A stretch of DNA of 64,000 nucleotides, from NCBI GenBank assembly GCA_037444665.1, contig JBBILZ010000002.1:26880-90879 (forward strand). Direction: 5' to 3'. The stretch's first letter is position 1, and each line of letters starts with the position of its first letter. Positions 48,581 through 59,057 of this stretch are shown piece after piece. Source of the DNA: a candidate division WOR-3 bacterium (GTDB lineage Bacteria; Hydrothermota; Tepidihabitantia; SM23-42; JAOAFX01). Position numbers and translations under genes: made by a program. The notes under the pieces were generated by a model, which saw only the letters and a program-made list of their open reading frames with translations, was not told where the DNA came from and did no database searches.

Positions 48581-49995
48581 TTTAATTTTAATTCCTTTAC
48601 TGCACGAACCTCATCCAGACGCCTTACGGGCGTATTATGTGGTGCAGACTTCAAAATTTCAGGATTGGTCTTTGCCTCCTGAACAATCTGCTTCATTATC
48701 TCAATAAATTGTTCAAGTGTCTGCAGGGATTCGCTTTCAGTCGGTTCAATCATCAATGCTTCACTCACAATTAGTGGAAAATAGACCGTGGGCGCATGAA
48801 AACCAAAATCAAGCAGGCGCTTTGCTACATCTAATGTCTTTACCCCATAATCTTTTAAATTTTTACCGGATAGAACTCCCTCATGCATACAGAACCCAGG
48901 ATAAGGAAGATAGTAATAATCCTTTAAACTCTGGATTATATAATTGGCATTGAGAATCGCGGCACGGGAAATTTTATTGAGCCCTTCACTGCCAATTATT
49001 CTTAAAAATGTATATGCACGCACCATTATCAAAAAATTTCCAAAGAATGATTGCACCTTACCAATGGAATCAGGAAGACTATAATCCAGATAATATGTTC
49101 CCTGTTCTTCTCTAATAACTGGAACAGGTAGAAATTGTTCAAGTTTTTTCGTCACGGCAACTGGTCCAGAGCCCGGACCTCCGCCACCATGCGGTGTAGA
49201 AAATGTTTTATGAAGATTAAAGTGGACCGCATCAAAACCGAGGTCACCTGGTCTCACCAGACCGAGCAGGGCATTCAAATTAGCACCATCAAGATATAAA
49301 AGCCCACCTTTATTATGGACAATTTCAGAGATTGTTTTGATATTTTTTTCAAAGAGCCCTAAGGTATTGGGATTGGTAAGCATCAATCCTGCTACCTCCG
49401 GCGTCATCAGTTCATTCAATTTATTTATATCTACAAGGCCCTGTGCATCTGAGCCAAGCGTAATGGGTTTGAATCCGGAAAAATTCACACTCGCAGGATT
49501 TGTGCCATGGGCAGAGTCCGGAATCAACACATACTTTCGTGGTTCACCTTTTTTATTAAAATATGATTTAAATATGCTGATTGCAGTAAATTCGCCCTGT
49601 GCCCCTGCTGCTGGCTGAAGGGTTATTGCCTCAAGATTTACAATCTTTTTTAAATATTCACCAAGTTCATACATCAATTTCAATGCACCCTGGACCGTTT
49701 TCTCAGGTTGTAATGGATGGAGATATGCAAAACCAGGATAACGGCTCGCCTCTTCATTAATCTTTGGATTATATTTCATTGTGCAGGAACCGAGCGGGTA
49801 AAAACCTTTATCAACATGGTGGTTAAGAATAGAAAGATTTATAAAATGGCGGACTATTTCTGGTTCACTAACCTCAGGGAGAAGTGCAGGCTCTTTGCGT
49901 CTGAACCTTTCCGGTATATTTACAGCAGGCACATCAAGATGAGGAAGCGAATACCCTTTTCTACCTGATTTTGAAATCTCAAATATTAGTTCCAT
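48568..49995 (-). CDS. gcvPB: Glycine dehydrogenase (decarboxylating) subunit 2
   Basis: PLGSCTMKYNP, QPAAGAQGE, PLP Lys in NLHKTFSTPHGGGGPG, EPTESES. Confidence 0.95.
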   Translation of the reverse strand: MELIFEISKSGRKGYSLPHLDVPAVNIPERFRRKEPALLPEVSEPEIVRHFINLSILNHHVDKGFYPLGSCTMKYNPKINEEASRYPGFAYLHPLQPEKTVQGALKLMYELGEYLKKIVNLEAITLQPAAGAQGEFTAISIFKSYFNKKGEPRKYVLIPDSAHGTNPASVNFSGFKPITLGSDAQGLVDINKLNELMTPEVAGLMLTNPNTLGLFEKNIKTISEIVHNKGGLLYLDGANLNALLGLVRPGDLGFDAVHFNLHKTFSTPHGGGGPGSGPVAVTKKLEQFLPVPVIREEQGTYYLDYSLPDSIGKVQSFFGNFLIMVRAYTFLRIIGSEGLNKISRAAILNANYIIQSLKDYYYLPYPGFCMHEGVLSGKNLKDYGVKTLDVAKRLLDFGFHAPTVYFPLIVSEALMIEPTESESLQTLEQFIEIMKQIVQEAKTNPEILKSAPHNTPVRRLDEVRAVKELKLKWQK

Positions 49996-50189
49996 CAATG
50001 TCCGACTGCCTTTATAAAATTCTTAAATGACCGGTCATAGGTTCTTTCAAAGTCTGCAGGAAAACAGCAAGCCGGCAGTTCATTATGTTTTAAATGGTAA
50101 CGCAAACAATCACAGCACCTGCCCTTTCTTGAGCATGGCTCGTATGTGCAGGTGCAATCCTTTTTGTTCTTTTCTAAATTGCATTCCAT
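49995..50189 (-). CDS. Small Cys-rich protein (DUF6485-like)
   Basis: CTCTYEPCSRKGRCCDC..H..LPACCF..ERTYDRS; leaderless promoter at 50195-50222. Confidence 0.75.
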   Translation of the reverse strand: MECNLEKNKKDCTCTYEPCSRKGRCCDCLRYHLKHNELPACCFPADFERTYDRSFKNFIKAVGH

Positions 50190-50321
50190 AACCAATTATA
50201 TATAATTTCTGCGTTATGTCAACCGTATAAATTTCTCGCTTTCCCATCCTCGTAACCACACATCCACGCATCCCCTCATTTTCAATTCTTTTTAAATCCT
50301 CCCTGAATAATAATGAAAAAT

Positions 50322-50675
50322 GGGGTGGTCCATAAGCCGGGTTCTGTTTTAGATAGCCATTTATCTGGGTCTGATGTCACCATCAGACTCAAGCAACCTA
50401 CCTGTCCCTGAGCGGGCAACCTCATCGGGACCCTTTGGTTTTGCTTCGGATGGGGTTTGCTCTGCCCCTGATGTCACCATCAGAGCGGTGGGCTCTTACC
50501 CCGCCTTTTCACCCTTGCCCGCCAAAAAGAAGAGCGGGCGGTATATTTTCTGTAGCACTCTCCGTAGTCGTTTGGTAGACCAAACAACCCCTTCCTGTTA
50601 GGAAGCATCCTGCCCTGTGAAGCCCGGACTTTCCTCCCTGCACTTTTCAATGCAGAGCGGCTATCCAACCACCCC
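50322..50675 (-). ncRNA. rnpB: RNase P RNA (class A)
   Basis: Minus strand has GAGGAAAGTCCGGGCT near the 5' end and ACAGAACCCGGCTTA near the 3' end; P1 ggggtggtt/gaccacccc; promoter at 50685-50712. Confidence 0.95.
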
Positions 50676-50823
50676 ACTTAATATATTATAAAATCTTTTT
50701 TGTAAATGTCAAGCTAACAAAAAATGGTCTATGGTTATTGGGCAGGGACGCTGGTATGGTCATAGGGCGTACCAGATCTTGATTTTTAAAATGGCTGAAT
50801 TATAATATATTTATGGAGGCACT

Positions 50824-52485
50824 ATGTCTTTCAAAAAAAGTCTTTTATATTTATTGATATGCCATATTCTTTGTGCAGGTATTGCTCAGGCATATACTTA
50901 TAATGTGGGGCCTGGTATGCCTTATGATAGCGTTGGCGCTGTGCCTTTAGAATCATTGAATCCTGGTGACACTGTTAAAATCTATTATCGTTCAACACCA
51001 TACTTTGAAAAATGGGTAATCGGACGCACAGGTACGGCAAATGCACCAATTGTCTTTTCTGGCGTTCCTTCAGGAGGAGGTGCTTTACCAGTAATTGATG
51101 GCAGAAATGCAGTCACCAGGCTCCAGCTGGATTACTGGTCTGAAAATCGTGGTATAATAAATATTGGTGGCTCAAGCATTCCGAATCAGATTCCGAATTA
51201 TATCATTATTGAAAACTTAGAGATTAAAAGTGCAAGAACACCTTATTCATTCTATGATGACCAGGGTAATCTAACAAGTTATGCGAGCAATGCCTCAACA
51301 ATCTATGTTGTAGAAGGGAGTAATATTACAATAAGAAATTGTATTCTCCATGATTGCGGTAATGGATTTTTTGTTGCCCATCAGGGAAAGAATATCCTTG
51401 TTGAAAAATGCTGGATATATGACAATGGCATTGAAAGTAGTATCTATGAACACAATAATTATACTCAGGCACAGGGTATAATCTTCCAGTATAATTATTT
51501 CAGTAATCTTCGCACTGGTTGTCTGGGCAATAATCTCAAAGACCGTTCATCAGGGTGTATAATAAGATACAACTGGATTGAGTGTGGCAATCGGCAGCTT
51601 GACCTGGTTGATTCAGATTATCCTGAAATATACAATGATACATCCTATCGTAAAACATTTGTCTATGGTAATATTTTGATTGAGCAGACCGACGAAGGCA
51701 ACAGTCAGATTGTTCATTATGGTGGTGACAGTGGAGATACCACACATTATCGGCATGGCAAACTCTATTTTTATAATAATACCATAGTCTCAAAACGCTC
51801 AGGAAACACGACACTCTTTAGATTATCAACCAATCTTGAATCCTGTGATGCAAGGAATAATATATTTTTTGTAACTGCCTCAGGCGATCGCCTGGCAATG
51901 CTTGCAGAGAATGGTTATCTTGTGGTCAGGCATAACTGGCTCAAGCCTGGATGGGTAGTCTCCCACAGCACTTTTCAAGGAACATTTATTGATTCAGGAG
52001 GAATAATAATCGGTAATGAACCAGGCTTTGTAGATTTTAATAACGAAGATTTTCACCTGACCTCTACATCCCAGTGTCGCGATGCAGGCACAGTCCTTGC
52101 TCCTGAGGTGCTTCCCAATCATAATGTAACCTATCAATACATAAAACATAGACAATATGAAAATCGTCCGGATGATGGAATTTTTGACATCGGTGCCTTT
52201 GAATACAGTGCAGGTGGTGTAGTAAATGAATTTGATGCAGGAATTAAATCAGAATTATTACCCACATATATAGTGAATAAAAATCTTCCATTTCCCATCC
52301 CTTCAGAAGATATAGTTCTCAGTATTTATAATTGTCGGGGTGAACTCATACATAGTTCTAAAATACTGAATGGTCAAAGATACACCTGGGAAAGCAAAAA
52401 TCTTTCAGCGGGCGTATATTTTTATTTCGTAAAGAACCTGAACAATAAATTTCAGAGCCGTGGGAAAATAGTTATAGTCAAGTAA
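50824..52485 (+). CDS. Secreted right-handed beta-helix protein (putative polysaccharide-acting enzyme) with T9SS-like tail
   Basis: LNPGDTV, ITIRNCILHD, HNNY, KDRS, DFHL..DIGAFEY; tail AGVYFY..KIVIVK. Confidence 0.78.
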   Translation: MSFKKSLLYLLICHILCAGIAQAYTYNVGPGMPYDSVGAVPLESLNPGDTVKIYYRSTPYFEKWVIGRTGTANAPIVFSGVPSGGGALPVIDGRNAVTRLQLDYWSENRGIINIGGSSIPNQIPNYIIIENLEIKSARTPYSFYDDQGNLTSYASNASTIYVVEGSNITIRNCILHDCGNGFFVAHQGKNILVEKCWIYDNGIESSIYEHNNYTQAQGIIFQYNYFSNLRTGCLGNNLKDRSSGCIIRYNWIECGNRQLDLVDSDYPEIYNDTSYRKTFVYGNILIEQTDEGNSQIVHYGGDSGDTTHYRHGKLYFYNNTIVSKRSGNTTLFRLSTNLESCDARNNIFFVTASGDRLAMLAENGYLVVRHNWLKPGWVVSHSTFQGTFIDSGGIIIGNEPGFVDFNNEDFHLTSTSQCRDAGTVLAPEVLPNHNVTYQYIKHRQYENRPDDGIFDIGAFEYSAGGVVNEFDAGIKSELLPTYIVNKNLPFPIPSEDIVLSIYNCRGELIHSSKILNGQRYTWESKNLSAGVYFYFVKNLNNKFQSRGKIVIVK

Positions 52486-52564
52486 AATTATAAATTCAAT
52501 TTTGTAACTATTGACAACTATTATTTTATGAGTATAATACTCTATTATTTAAAAAGGAGGTACA

Positions 52565-53794
52565 GTGACAAATTTACATTTTAATTTTAAAGATGTTTTC
52601 CGCGCAGGAAGACTCGGTTTTAGTGCAAAAAAGATGTGGATAAGTTTTCTTGGCTTACTGGTTAGCTTTATTGGCTATGCAATACTCTCCTACCTCGCCT
52701 TTCTGGCTGCTGGTTTTGAAATAAGTGAAATCTGGTCTTATTATCGGCTGGTGCCCTTTTATAGTCAGGAAATGAGCTTTCCCTGGTATTCCTGGGTCTT
52801 ATGGATTGCAGGAATTATCTGGTGGCTCTGTGTCGCACTAATTGCCGGTGTTGCTATTTCAAAGGTTACTTACGAACAATTAAAAGGCGATGAATTTTAT
52901 GAGATAAAAGAGGCGATAAAATTTGCCTTAAAAAATGGTAAATCAGCAATAATGGCGCCTTTAGTATTAATCATCTTTATGATCTCATTAATAATAATGG
53001 GTATAATTCTGGCACTGATAACCTGGATTCCATACTTCGGACAACTATTCTTTTCCATAATGGCAATCCCTGCATTCTTTGTTTGCATTTTTATCCTCTA
53101 TTTAGTTATCGTAACGGTCGTTGCGCTTGCGATTGGTCCATCAATAGTCGGGACCACTGGTAATGATACCTTTGATACACTATTTGAATCGTTTTCTGTG
53201 ATAAATGACCAACCCTGGCGTTTCATAACTTATGAATTTTTATTAAAGATTGTGATGATTATTGGAGTCGGTATTCTCGGATTCTTTGCCGCAAAGGCAA
53301 TCTTTTTATGTTATTCTGTGATTGGCATCATTGTCCCGGCAGAAAAGATTGGTAATCTATTTGCCAATGCTGCTTATTATGTTAAACTGTTCATTCCTCC
53401 TTTTTGCCCTGAATCAATTCAGAATTTCATTACCGGATACATTGAATGGATAGGCATGCCCAATCTACTCTTCCCTCCAGAATATGTTGCTGCTTATGAA
53501 GGCTGGGCAGGAGCAATCGCTTCTTTTATATTGGGTATAATTTACTACTTTATTATTCTTGGCGTAATGTCCCTCGGTTGTTCCATATACTGGGCAGGAA
53601 ATACACTAATATTTACAGTCCTTGTTAAGAAAAAAGATGATAAGAACCTTCTGGAAATAAAAGAGGAAATCTTTGAGGAAAAGAAGGAAGAAGAAAAGGT
53701 TGAGGAAAAGGAAGGAGAGAAAAAGAACAAAAAATCGCGCAAAAAAGAAGAAGAAACAACCGAAGAAAAGCAAACCGAAAATAAAACAGAATAA
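52565..53794 (+). CDS. Multi-pass membrane protein with Glu/Lys-rich tail
   Basis: About 7 hydrophobic segments, AAAGGAGG RBS, promoter at 52511-52538. Confidence 0.75.
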   Translation: MTNLHFNFKDVFRAGRLGFSAKKMWISFLGLLVSFIGYAILSYLAFLAAGFEISEIWSYYRLVPFYSQEMSFPWYSWVLWIAGIIWWLCVALIAGVAISKVTYEQLKGDEFYEIKEAIKFALKNGKSAIMAPLVLIIFMISLIIMGIILALITWIPYFGQLFFSIMAIPAFFVCIFILYLVIVTVVALAIGPSIVGTTGNDTFDTLFESFSVINDQPWRFITYEFLLKIVMIIGVGILGFFAAKAIFLCYSVIGIIVPAEKIGNLFANAAYYVKLFIPPFCPESIQNFITGYIEWIGMPNLLFPPEYVAAYEGWAGAIASFILGIIYYFIILGVMSLGCSIYWAGNTLIFTVLVKKKDDKNLLEIKEEIFEEKKEEEKVEEKEGEKKNKKSRKKEEETTEEKQTENKTE

Positions 53795-53816
53795 GATAGT
53801 CAGTTTTTCATCTGCA

Positions 53817-53863
53817 TAATTATGCTACAGTGGAGTGATAATAACTCCACTGTAGCATAATTA
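53817..53863. repeat. Perfect 20-bp inverted repeat
   Basis: taattatgctacagtggagt-gataata-actccactgtagcataatta. Confidence 0.85.
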
Positions 53864-53888
53864 AAGTTAAAAATATACTATATAAACT

Positions 53889-54755
53889 ATGAAAAGTGGC
53901 TATATAGCAATTATTGGTGAGCCTAATGTTGGTAAATCCACATTACTCAATCGTCTTATAAATACTAAACTTTCTATTGTCAGTAATAAACCACAAACAA
54001 CCCGTAAAAAAATCCTGGGGATATTGACCGAAGCAGATTGCCAGTGTGCATTTCTTGATACACCTGGTATTTTTGAACCAGCCTATGAACTCCAGGAAAA
54101 AATGGTAGCAAAAGCAAAAGAAGCAATACAGGATGCTGATATTATAATTCTGGTCATTGAGCCATTTTTAAAATCAGATAAATTTTTTGCTAACTTTGGA
54201 TACCTATTCAAGGAAAAAACTCTGTTTATTGTAATTAACAAAATTGACTTAATCAAAAAATCCGAGTTATTGCCGCTCATAGAAAAACTTAAAGACTATA
54301 ATGCAGAACAGATATTTCTCATTTCTGCATTGAATGGCGATGGTGTCAATGACCTGAAAAAGGCAATCTTTGAAAAACTTCCTGAAGGGCCATTGCTATA
54401 CGAACCTGACCTGCTCTCAGACCAGCCCGAACGATTTTTTGCCAGCGAATTCATACAGGAAAAATTGTTCCAGTATTTAAAAAAAGAGATTCCATATGCA
54501 ACCTGTGTAATGATTGAGGAATTCAGAGAAAAAGATTTGGGCAAGACATATATTCGGGCAACAATATATGTAGAAAAAAAGACGCAAAAAGCAATTTTGA
54601 TTGGCAAGGATGGCAATCTGCTAAAAAAAATCGGCAGCGAAGCACGAAAAGAGATTGAAAATTTTCTTGGCAGGGAAATCTATCTTGACCTGTGGGTAAA
54701 AGTGAAAGAAAAATGGCGTAAAGATCCAAAGTTCTTAAAAGAACTTGGCTATTAA
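53889..54755 (+). CDS. era: GTPase Era
   Basis: GEPNVGKST, PQTTR, DTPG, NKID, KH domain LWVKVKEKWR. Confidence 0.96.
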   Translation: MKSGYIAIIGEPNVGKSTLLNRLINTKLSIVSNKPQTTRKKILGILTEADCQCAFLDTPGIFEPAYELQEKMVAKAKEAIQDADIIILVIEPFLKSDKFFANFGYLFKEKTLFIVINKIDLIKKSELLPLIEKLKDYNAEQIFLISALNGDGVNDLKKAIFEKLPEGPLLYEPDLLSDQPERFFASEFIQEKLFQYLKKEIPYATCVMIEEFREKDLGKTYIRATIYVEKKTQKAILIGKDGNLLKKIGSEARKEIENFLGREIYLDLWVKVKEKWRKDPKFLKELGY

Positions 54756-54834
54756 TCTGGTTAAATTCATAAATAGTAATTAATAAAATATTATTATTTT
54801 TAACCATTTGTTATTCAAATAAAAAGGGGGTTGT

Positions 54835-55317
54835 ATGGAAATAAAAAAGATAAATATTATCCCACCTCAGGGAATAAATCTGATATGCGGTCAGACACAT
54901 TTTATTAAAACCGTTGAAGACCTTTATGAAGCCCTGGTAAATTCTGTTCCTGAAATTAAATTCGGGATTGGATTCTGTGAAGCCTCAGGTCCCTGCCTCG
55001 TGCGATACGAAGGTAATGAGCCTGAACTTGTTAATCTGGCAAAGGAATACGCATATAAAATTGGTGCCGGACACTTCTTTATTATCTTTCTTAAAAATGC
55101 CTACCCTTTAAATGTTCTTGATAAAATAAAGAATTGCCCTGAAATTATTAATATCTTCTGTGCCAGTGCCAATCCTGTGGAGTTGTTGTATGTTGAGGAT
55201 GAACAGGGTAAGGGTATTATTGGCGTGATTGATGGTTTTACTTCAAAAGGTATTGAAGACGAAAAGGCACGTAAAGAACGGTATGAGTTTTTAAGAAAGA
55301 TTGGTTATAAACTTTGA
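54835..55317 (+). CDS. Adenosine-specific kinase family (DUF355) protein
   Basis: [42 protein letters not shown]. Confidence 0.85.
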   Translation: MEIKKINIIPPQGINLICGQTHFIKTVEDLYEALVNSVPEIKFGIGFCEASGPCLVRYEGNEPELVNLAKEYAYKIGAGHFFIIFLKNAYPLNVLDKIKNCPEIINIFCASANPVELLYVEDEQGKGIIGVIDGFTSKGIEDEKARKERYEFLRKIGYKL

Positions 55318-55318
55318 A

Positions 55319-55777
55319 CTATTCGCCAAAATATTTCTGATTGACCATCTTTATAAATTCTTGCTGTTCTTCAGGTGTAAGTTCATACACTTCATAGACC
55401 GGGTCTTTATTTATTTCTTCTGGTTTTTGCTGGGCAACCTCTTTTTGTGCCGGTTTGAAAAACAGAAAGTAGATTATACCTATTGCACCAAGGGCACCAG
55501 CAGCCACCGGCAGGACAATACGGAAAGGAAATGGTGATTTAGGTTTTGTAAGTGAAATCTGCTCATGAACAGAGACCAAAAATTCTTCCCAGTACATTTC
55601 ATTCTCTTCAAAATCCGGGTAGGAACAGCAGACATCAATACAATGACTGAGGAACTGAAATTCTTCAGCACAGGCAGGGCACTGATTGATATGATTGATT
55701 AAAATCTCTTTTTCTTCAGGGTCAATATCTCCAATAATCAAATCAACAATACGTTCCTGGATTTCAAAGCAATTCAT
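55319..55777 (-). CDS. ZAS anti-sigma factor
   Basis: HINQCPAC (HxxxCxxC), TM helix, downstream of the ECF sigma. Confidence 0.85.
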   Translation of the reverse strand: MNCFEIQERIVDLIIGDIDPEEKEILINHINQCPACAEEFQFLSHCIDVCCSYPDFEENEMYWEEFLVSVHEQISLTKPKSPFPFRIVLPVAAGALGAIGIIYFLFFKPAQKEVAQQKPEEINKDPVYEVYELTPEEQQEFIKMVNQKYFGE

Positions 55778-56352
55778 ACCTTCCCCTTGAGATAATTTTT
55801 TAGATTTTTAACAGCAAGATGATAGTTTACCTTCACTGTGTTGACCGGTTTTTTCAATATTGCGCTGATCTCCTGATAAGGTAAATCCTCCAGTGCCCGT
55901 AATGTAAAGACACTCTTCTGCACCTCAGGTAATTTTGCAATGGCATTATAAATTGTATCTCTTAATTTTTTGTTCTTATATCGTTCAACCGGGTCATCCT
56001 TTGGCACATCTAAAATTTCATCTTTTATCTCCTCGCTCGGATGAGTTTTTTTCATAAAATTTATACAATTGTTCACCGCAATTCTATATAACCAGGTTGT
56101 AAATCGCGAACGCCCATCAAAATTCTTTATGTTTCTATATGCCTTCAAAAATGTCTCCTGTGCCATATCCTTTGCATCATCATAATTCTTTAACATCTTA
56201 TAACAGAGATTATGTATCTTGACCTCATGCCTTCGCACAAGTTCATCAAAAGGCTCCACATTGCCAACCTTAACAAGTTGCACGAGTTCTTCATCAGAAA
56301 GCTCCTTATATTTTGACAACCTTGCCTTAAATTCGTTTACCTGTTCTGTCAC
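55774..56352 (-). CDS. ECF RNA polymerase sigma factor
   Basis: DAKDMAQETFLKAY, FTTWLYRIAVN, LPYQEIS..NTVK. Confidence 0.92.
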   Translation of the reverse strand: MTEQVNEFKARLSKYKELSDEELVQLVKVGNVEPFDELVRRHEVKIHNLCYKMLKNYDDAKDMAQETFLKAYRNIKNFDGRSRFTTWLYRIAVNNCINFMKKTHPSEEIKDEILDVPKDDPVERYKNKKLRDTIYNAIAKLPEVQKSVFTLRALEDLPYQEISAILKKPVNTVKVNYHLAVKNLKNYLKGKV

Positions 56353-57492
56353 TTATTCCTTCTTTTTAAGATAATGATATATCTCGTTCCTTAATATACT
56401 GATTGGTTTATGCAAATTTTCTGCAATCTTTTTTAAATCTCTGTATTCTATAGAAAATTTTCTATTTTTGTTATACTCAAAAATTTTTATATTTATCTCT
56501 CCCCAGGGAGTGGAGACCTTTTTAATCGTCCGTCTCAATTTTAACCGTTTCTGATGTGCCATTCTAATGCCAAGGGTGGTCGTTTCATTGAAGATTATAT
56601 CTATTATTTTTTGATTATAACTATCAGTAAGCACGGTAAGAAGAATCCCTGGTCTTGATTGCTTCATTATAACAGGTGTAATGAATACCTCAAGCGCACC
56701 TGCTTGATATAATCGTTCCATAACAAGTTCAAAATCCTGAGGGTTCTGGTCATCAATATTGGTCTCAATGACCAGACATTCATCAACAAGTAATTCATCA
56801 ACTTCACCCAGGTATGCTCGCAGCAGATTTGGATAACCATCAATTCTGTTTGTCCCGGCACCGAGCCCAATCTGTTCAATCTTTTTGAATATCACTGTAT
56901 CAGTAAATTCAGCGATTGTACTCAATATGGCAGCAGCAGTTGGTGTGGTCAGTTCAAACGAAACGGGCACGAATTCTACTGGCGAATCCCTTAACAATAG
57001 GGCAGTTGCCAGATTGAATGCAGGCATCCATCCTTCCACGGTCTTGATCAAATCCTTGCCTGCCTTTAATGGTTTGGAATAAATTTTATCAACTTTCAAA
57101 AAGTCTAAGGCAACCAGTGCTCCGGTAATATCAAGGATTGTATCAACATCAGCGAGTTCGTGCAGATGCAGATGCCTTGAACCATGAACCTTTTTTTCTG
57201 CATCAAAGATTCTATTAATAATTTTTATTGCATCTTCTTTTATAGAATCTTTTAACTTACTTTTATTGATTAAATGAATAAAATCGTGTTCACGAACAAT
57301 CTTTTTTGTAATAAATGTTATCTGCTTCGCCTTTATCCCCTGATGTATAACCGACTCTACTTTTATGCGCAGGTCTGGAATAAATTTCAGTGTTTTTTCA
57401 AGATAATCTCTTTTTACACCGAGGTCAATCAAAGAACTTAGTATCATATCACCACTTGCGCCAAGTATCGGGTCAAAATATATTACTTTCAT
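56353..57492 (-). CDS. larC: Nickel pincer cofactor biosynthesis protein LarC
   Basis: YFDPILGASGDM, AEKKVHG..HLHE, ELTTPT, ETNIDD, MKQSRPG, ETTTLGIR. Confidence 0.88.
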   Translation of the reverse strand: MKVIYFDPILGASGDMILSSLIDLGVKRDYLEKTLKFIPDLRIKVESVIHQGIKAKQITFITKKIVREHDFIHLINKSKLKDSIKEDAIKIINRIFDAEKKVHGSRHLHLHELADVDTILDITGALVALDFLKVDKIYSKPLKAGKDLIKTVEGWMPAFNLATALLLRDSPVEFVPVSFELTTPTAAAILSTIAEFTDTVIFKKIEQIGLGAGTNRIDGYPNLLRAYLGEVDELLVDECLVIETNIDDQNPQDFELVMERLYQAGALEVFITPVIMKQSRPGILLTVLTDSYNQKIIDIIFNETTTLGIRMAHQKRLKLRRTIKKVSTPWGEINIKIFEYNKNRKFSIEYRDLKKIAENLHKPISILRNEIYHYLKKKE

Positions 57493-57597
57493 TGGTATAA
57501 TTCTATCCGAATCAAGGAAAATTTCAATACTTTTATAATCACTAACAACTTTTTTGACTAACACTTGATATATTGAACAATTTGAATAAAATAGTTT

Positions 57598-58470
57598 ATG
57601 GAACAACAAAGAAAGGCATACACCTATGCCCTGATTGTGGTATTGTTCTGGACCACGGTTGCCTCTGCATTTAAAATAACCCTTCGCTATTTGAATTTTA
57701 TCCAGCTCGTATTCTGGTCTTCATTTATTTCAATGCTCATACTTTTCTTTATTCTTCTCATTGAAAAAAAATTTGTTCTTTTTAAAGAATCCATAAGAAA
57801 ATTCTGGTTAAATTCTTTGCTCCTCGGTTTTTTAAATCCTTTTTTATATTATCTTGTTCTTTTCAAGGCATATTCATTATTACCTGCCCAGCAGGCACAA
57901 CCATTAAATCAGACCTGGGCAATCGTCCTGACCTTTTTATCAGTAATTATATTAAAACAGCGGGTCAATGTGATGCGTATAATTGCCCTGATCATAAGTT
58001 TCTTTGGTGTGCTTTTGATTTCAACCCGCGGCGAATTGACGGCCTTAAAATTTCAGAGCCTTCCTGGAGTTCTGCTTGCATTAGGCAGTGCCTTTATCTG
58101 GGCATTCTACTGGATTTATAATATCCGTGATAAAAGAGAAGAGATTGTAAAATTATTTACGAATTTTATATTTGGCACAGGTTTTATATGTTTTCTCATG
58201 CTCATTTCAAAACAGAAATTCTTTCCGAACCTATCAGGAGTGCTCGGTGGCATCTATATAGGCATCTTTGAAATGGGTATCTCTTTTTACTTCTGGTTAA
58301 AGGCACTGAGCCTTTCAAAGACTACTGCCCAGATTGGTAATATGATTTATCTTGTTCCGTTTCTTTCACTTGTCGTAATAAGATTGACTGTTGGCGAACA
58401 GATTCTTCCCGCAACAATCTTTGGACTGGTGCTCATTGTTCTTGGCATCTTTATCCAGCAATATCAATAG
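57598..58470 (+). CDS. DMT/EamA family transporter
   Basis: 10 TM helices, LGFLNPFLYY, YLVPFLS..GE. Confidence 0.88.
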   Translation: MEQQRKAYTYALIVVLFWTTVASAFKITLRYLNFIQLVFWSSFISMLILFFILLIEKKFVLFKESIRKFWLNSLLLGFLNPFLYYLVLFKAYSLLPAQQAQPLNQTWAIVLTFLSVIILKQRVNVMRIIALIISFFGVLLISTRGELTALKFQSLPGVLLALGSAFIWAFYWIYNIRDKREEIVKLFTNFIFGTGFICFLMLISKQKFFPNLSGVLGGIYIGIFEMGISFYFWLKALSLSKTTAQIGNMIYLVPFLSLVVIRLTVGEQILPATIFGLVLIVLGIFIQQYQ

Positions 58471-58534
58471 GTGAAATCTCTAATAGATAAGAATTGAATC
58501 ATTGACAGTCCCTCAAATATTGTTATAATCCATT

Positions 58535-58873
58535 ATGAAAATAGTTAAAAAAGAAGAACATCACAAAGGTATAATCTATACTTTTGCTGTTGATGACGAA
58601 CTTTTCAGAATTCTTTTTCTTTATCACGCTTTGGAAAGAATTAAAAAATGGCATCTCAGTGAAGAAAATGTGGGTGAAACTTTACTTTTTCCTGAAGAAG
58701 TTTTGATTGGACATAATAATAGATATATTGCGCATCGGCGTTATGGCGAACATATGATTCGGGCGGTTTACGAATATGAAAATGACTTACCAATAGTAGT
58801 AACTGTCTATTTCCCAAAGGCAGAAAGATATTTTCAAGGAGGTAATAAATATGAAGATAAAATACTCAAATGA
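58535..58873 (+). CDS. DUF4258 (RelE-like) putative toxin
   Basis: HALERI, IRAVYE..IVVTVY; overlaps the DUF2283 gene. Confidence 0.72.
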   Translation: MKIVKKEEHHKGIIYTFAVDDELFRILFLYHALERIKKWHLSEENVGETLLFPEEVLIGHNNRYIAHRRYGEHMIRAVYEYENDLPIVVTVYFPKAERYFQGGNKYEDKILK

Positions 58874-59057
58874 TGCAGATGTGTTACTCATAGAGCTCAG
58901 GGAAGGAACCCCTGTAGATTCTGTTGATTTAAAAGAGGGGGTGATACTTCACCTTGATAAAGATGGTAAGCCCCTTGAAATTGAAATTCTTGACGCTTCT
59001 AAGATTGCGGTTTTGAAAGAAATCAGCTACTCTGGTCTTGTTGCTGGGAAGGTGTAA
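58851..59057 (+). CDS. DUF2283 putative antitoxin
   Basis: KYSNDADVLLIEL..DKDGKPLEIEILDASK. Confidence 0.82.
   Translation: MKIKYSNDADVLLIELREGTPVDSVDLKEGVILHLDKDGKPLEIEILDASKIAVLKEISYSGLVAGKV

Noticed and set aside
50374..50677. ORFs 50374-50601 and 50480-50677
   Set aside because: They lie within the RNase P RNA gene
53650..53794. Purine-rich repeat-like tract
   Set aside because: Explained by the Glu/Lys-rich protein tail
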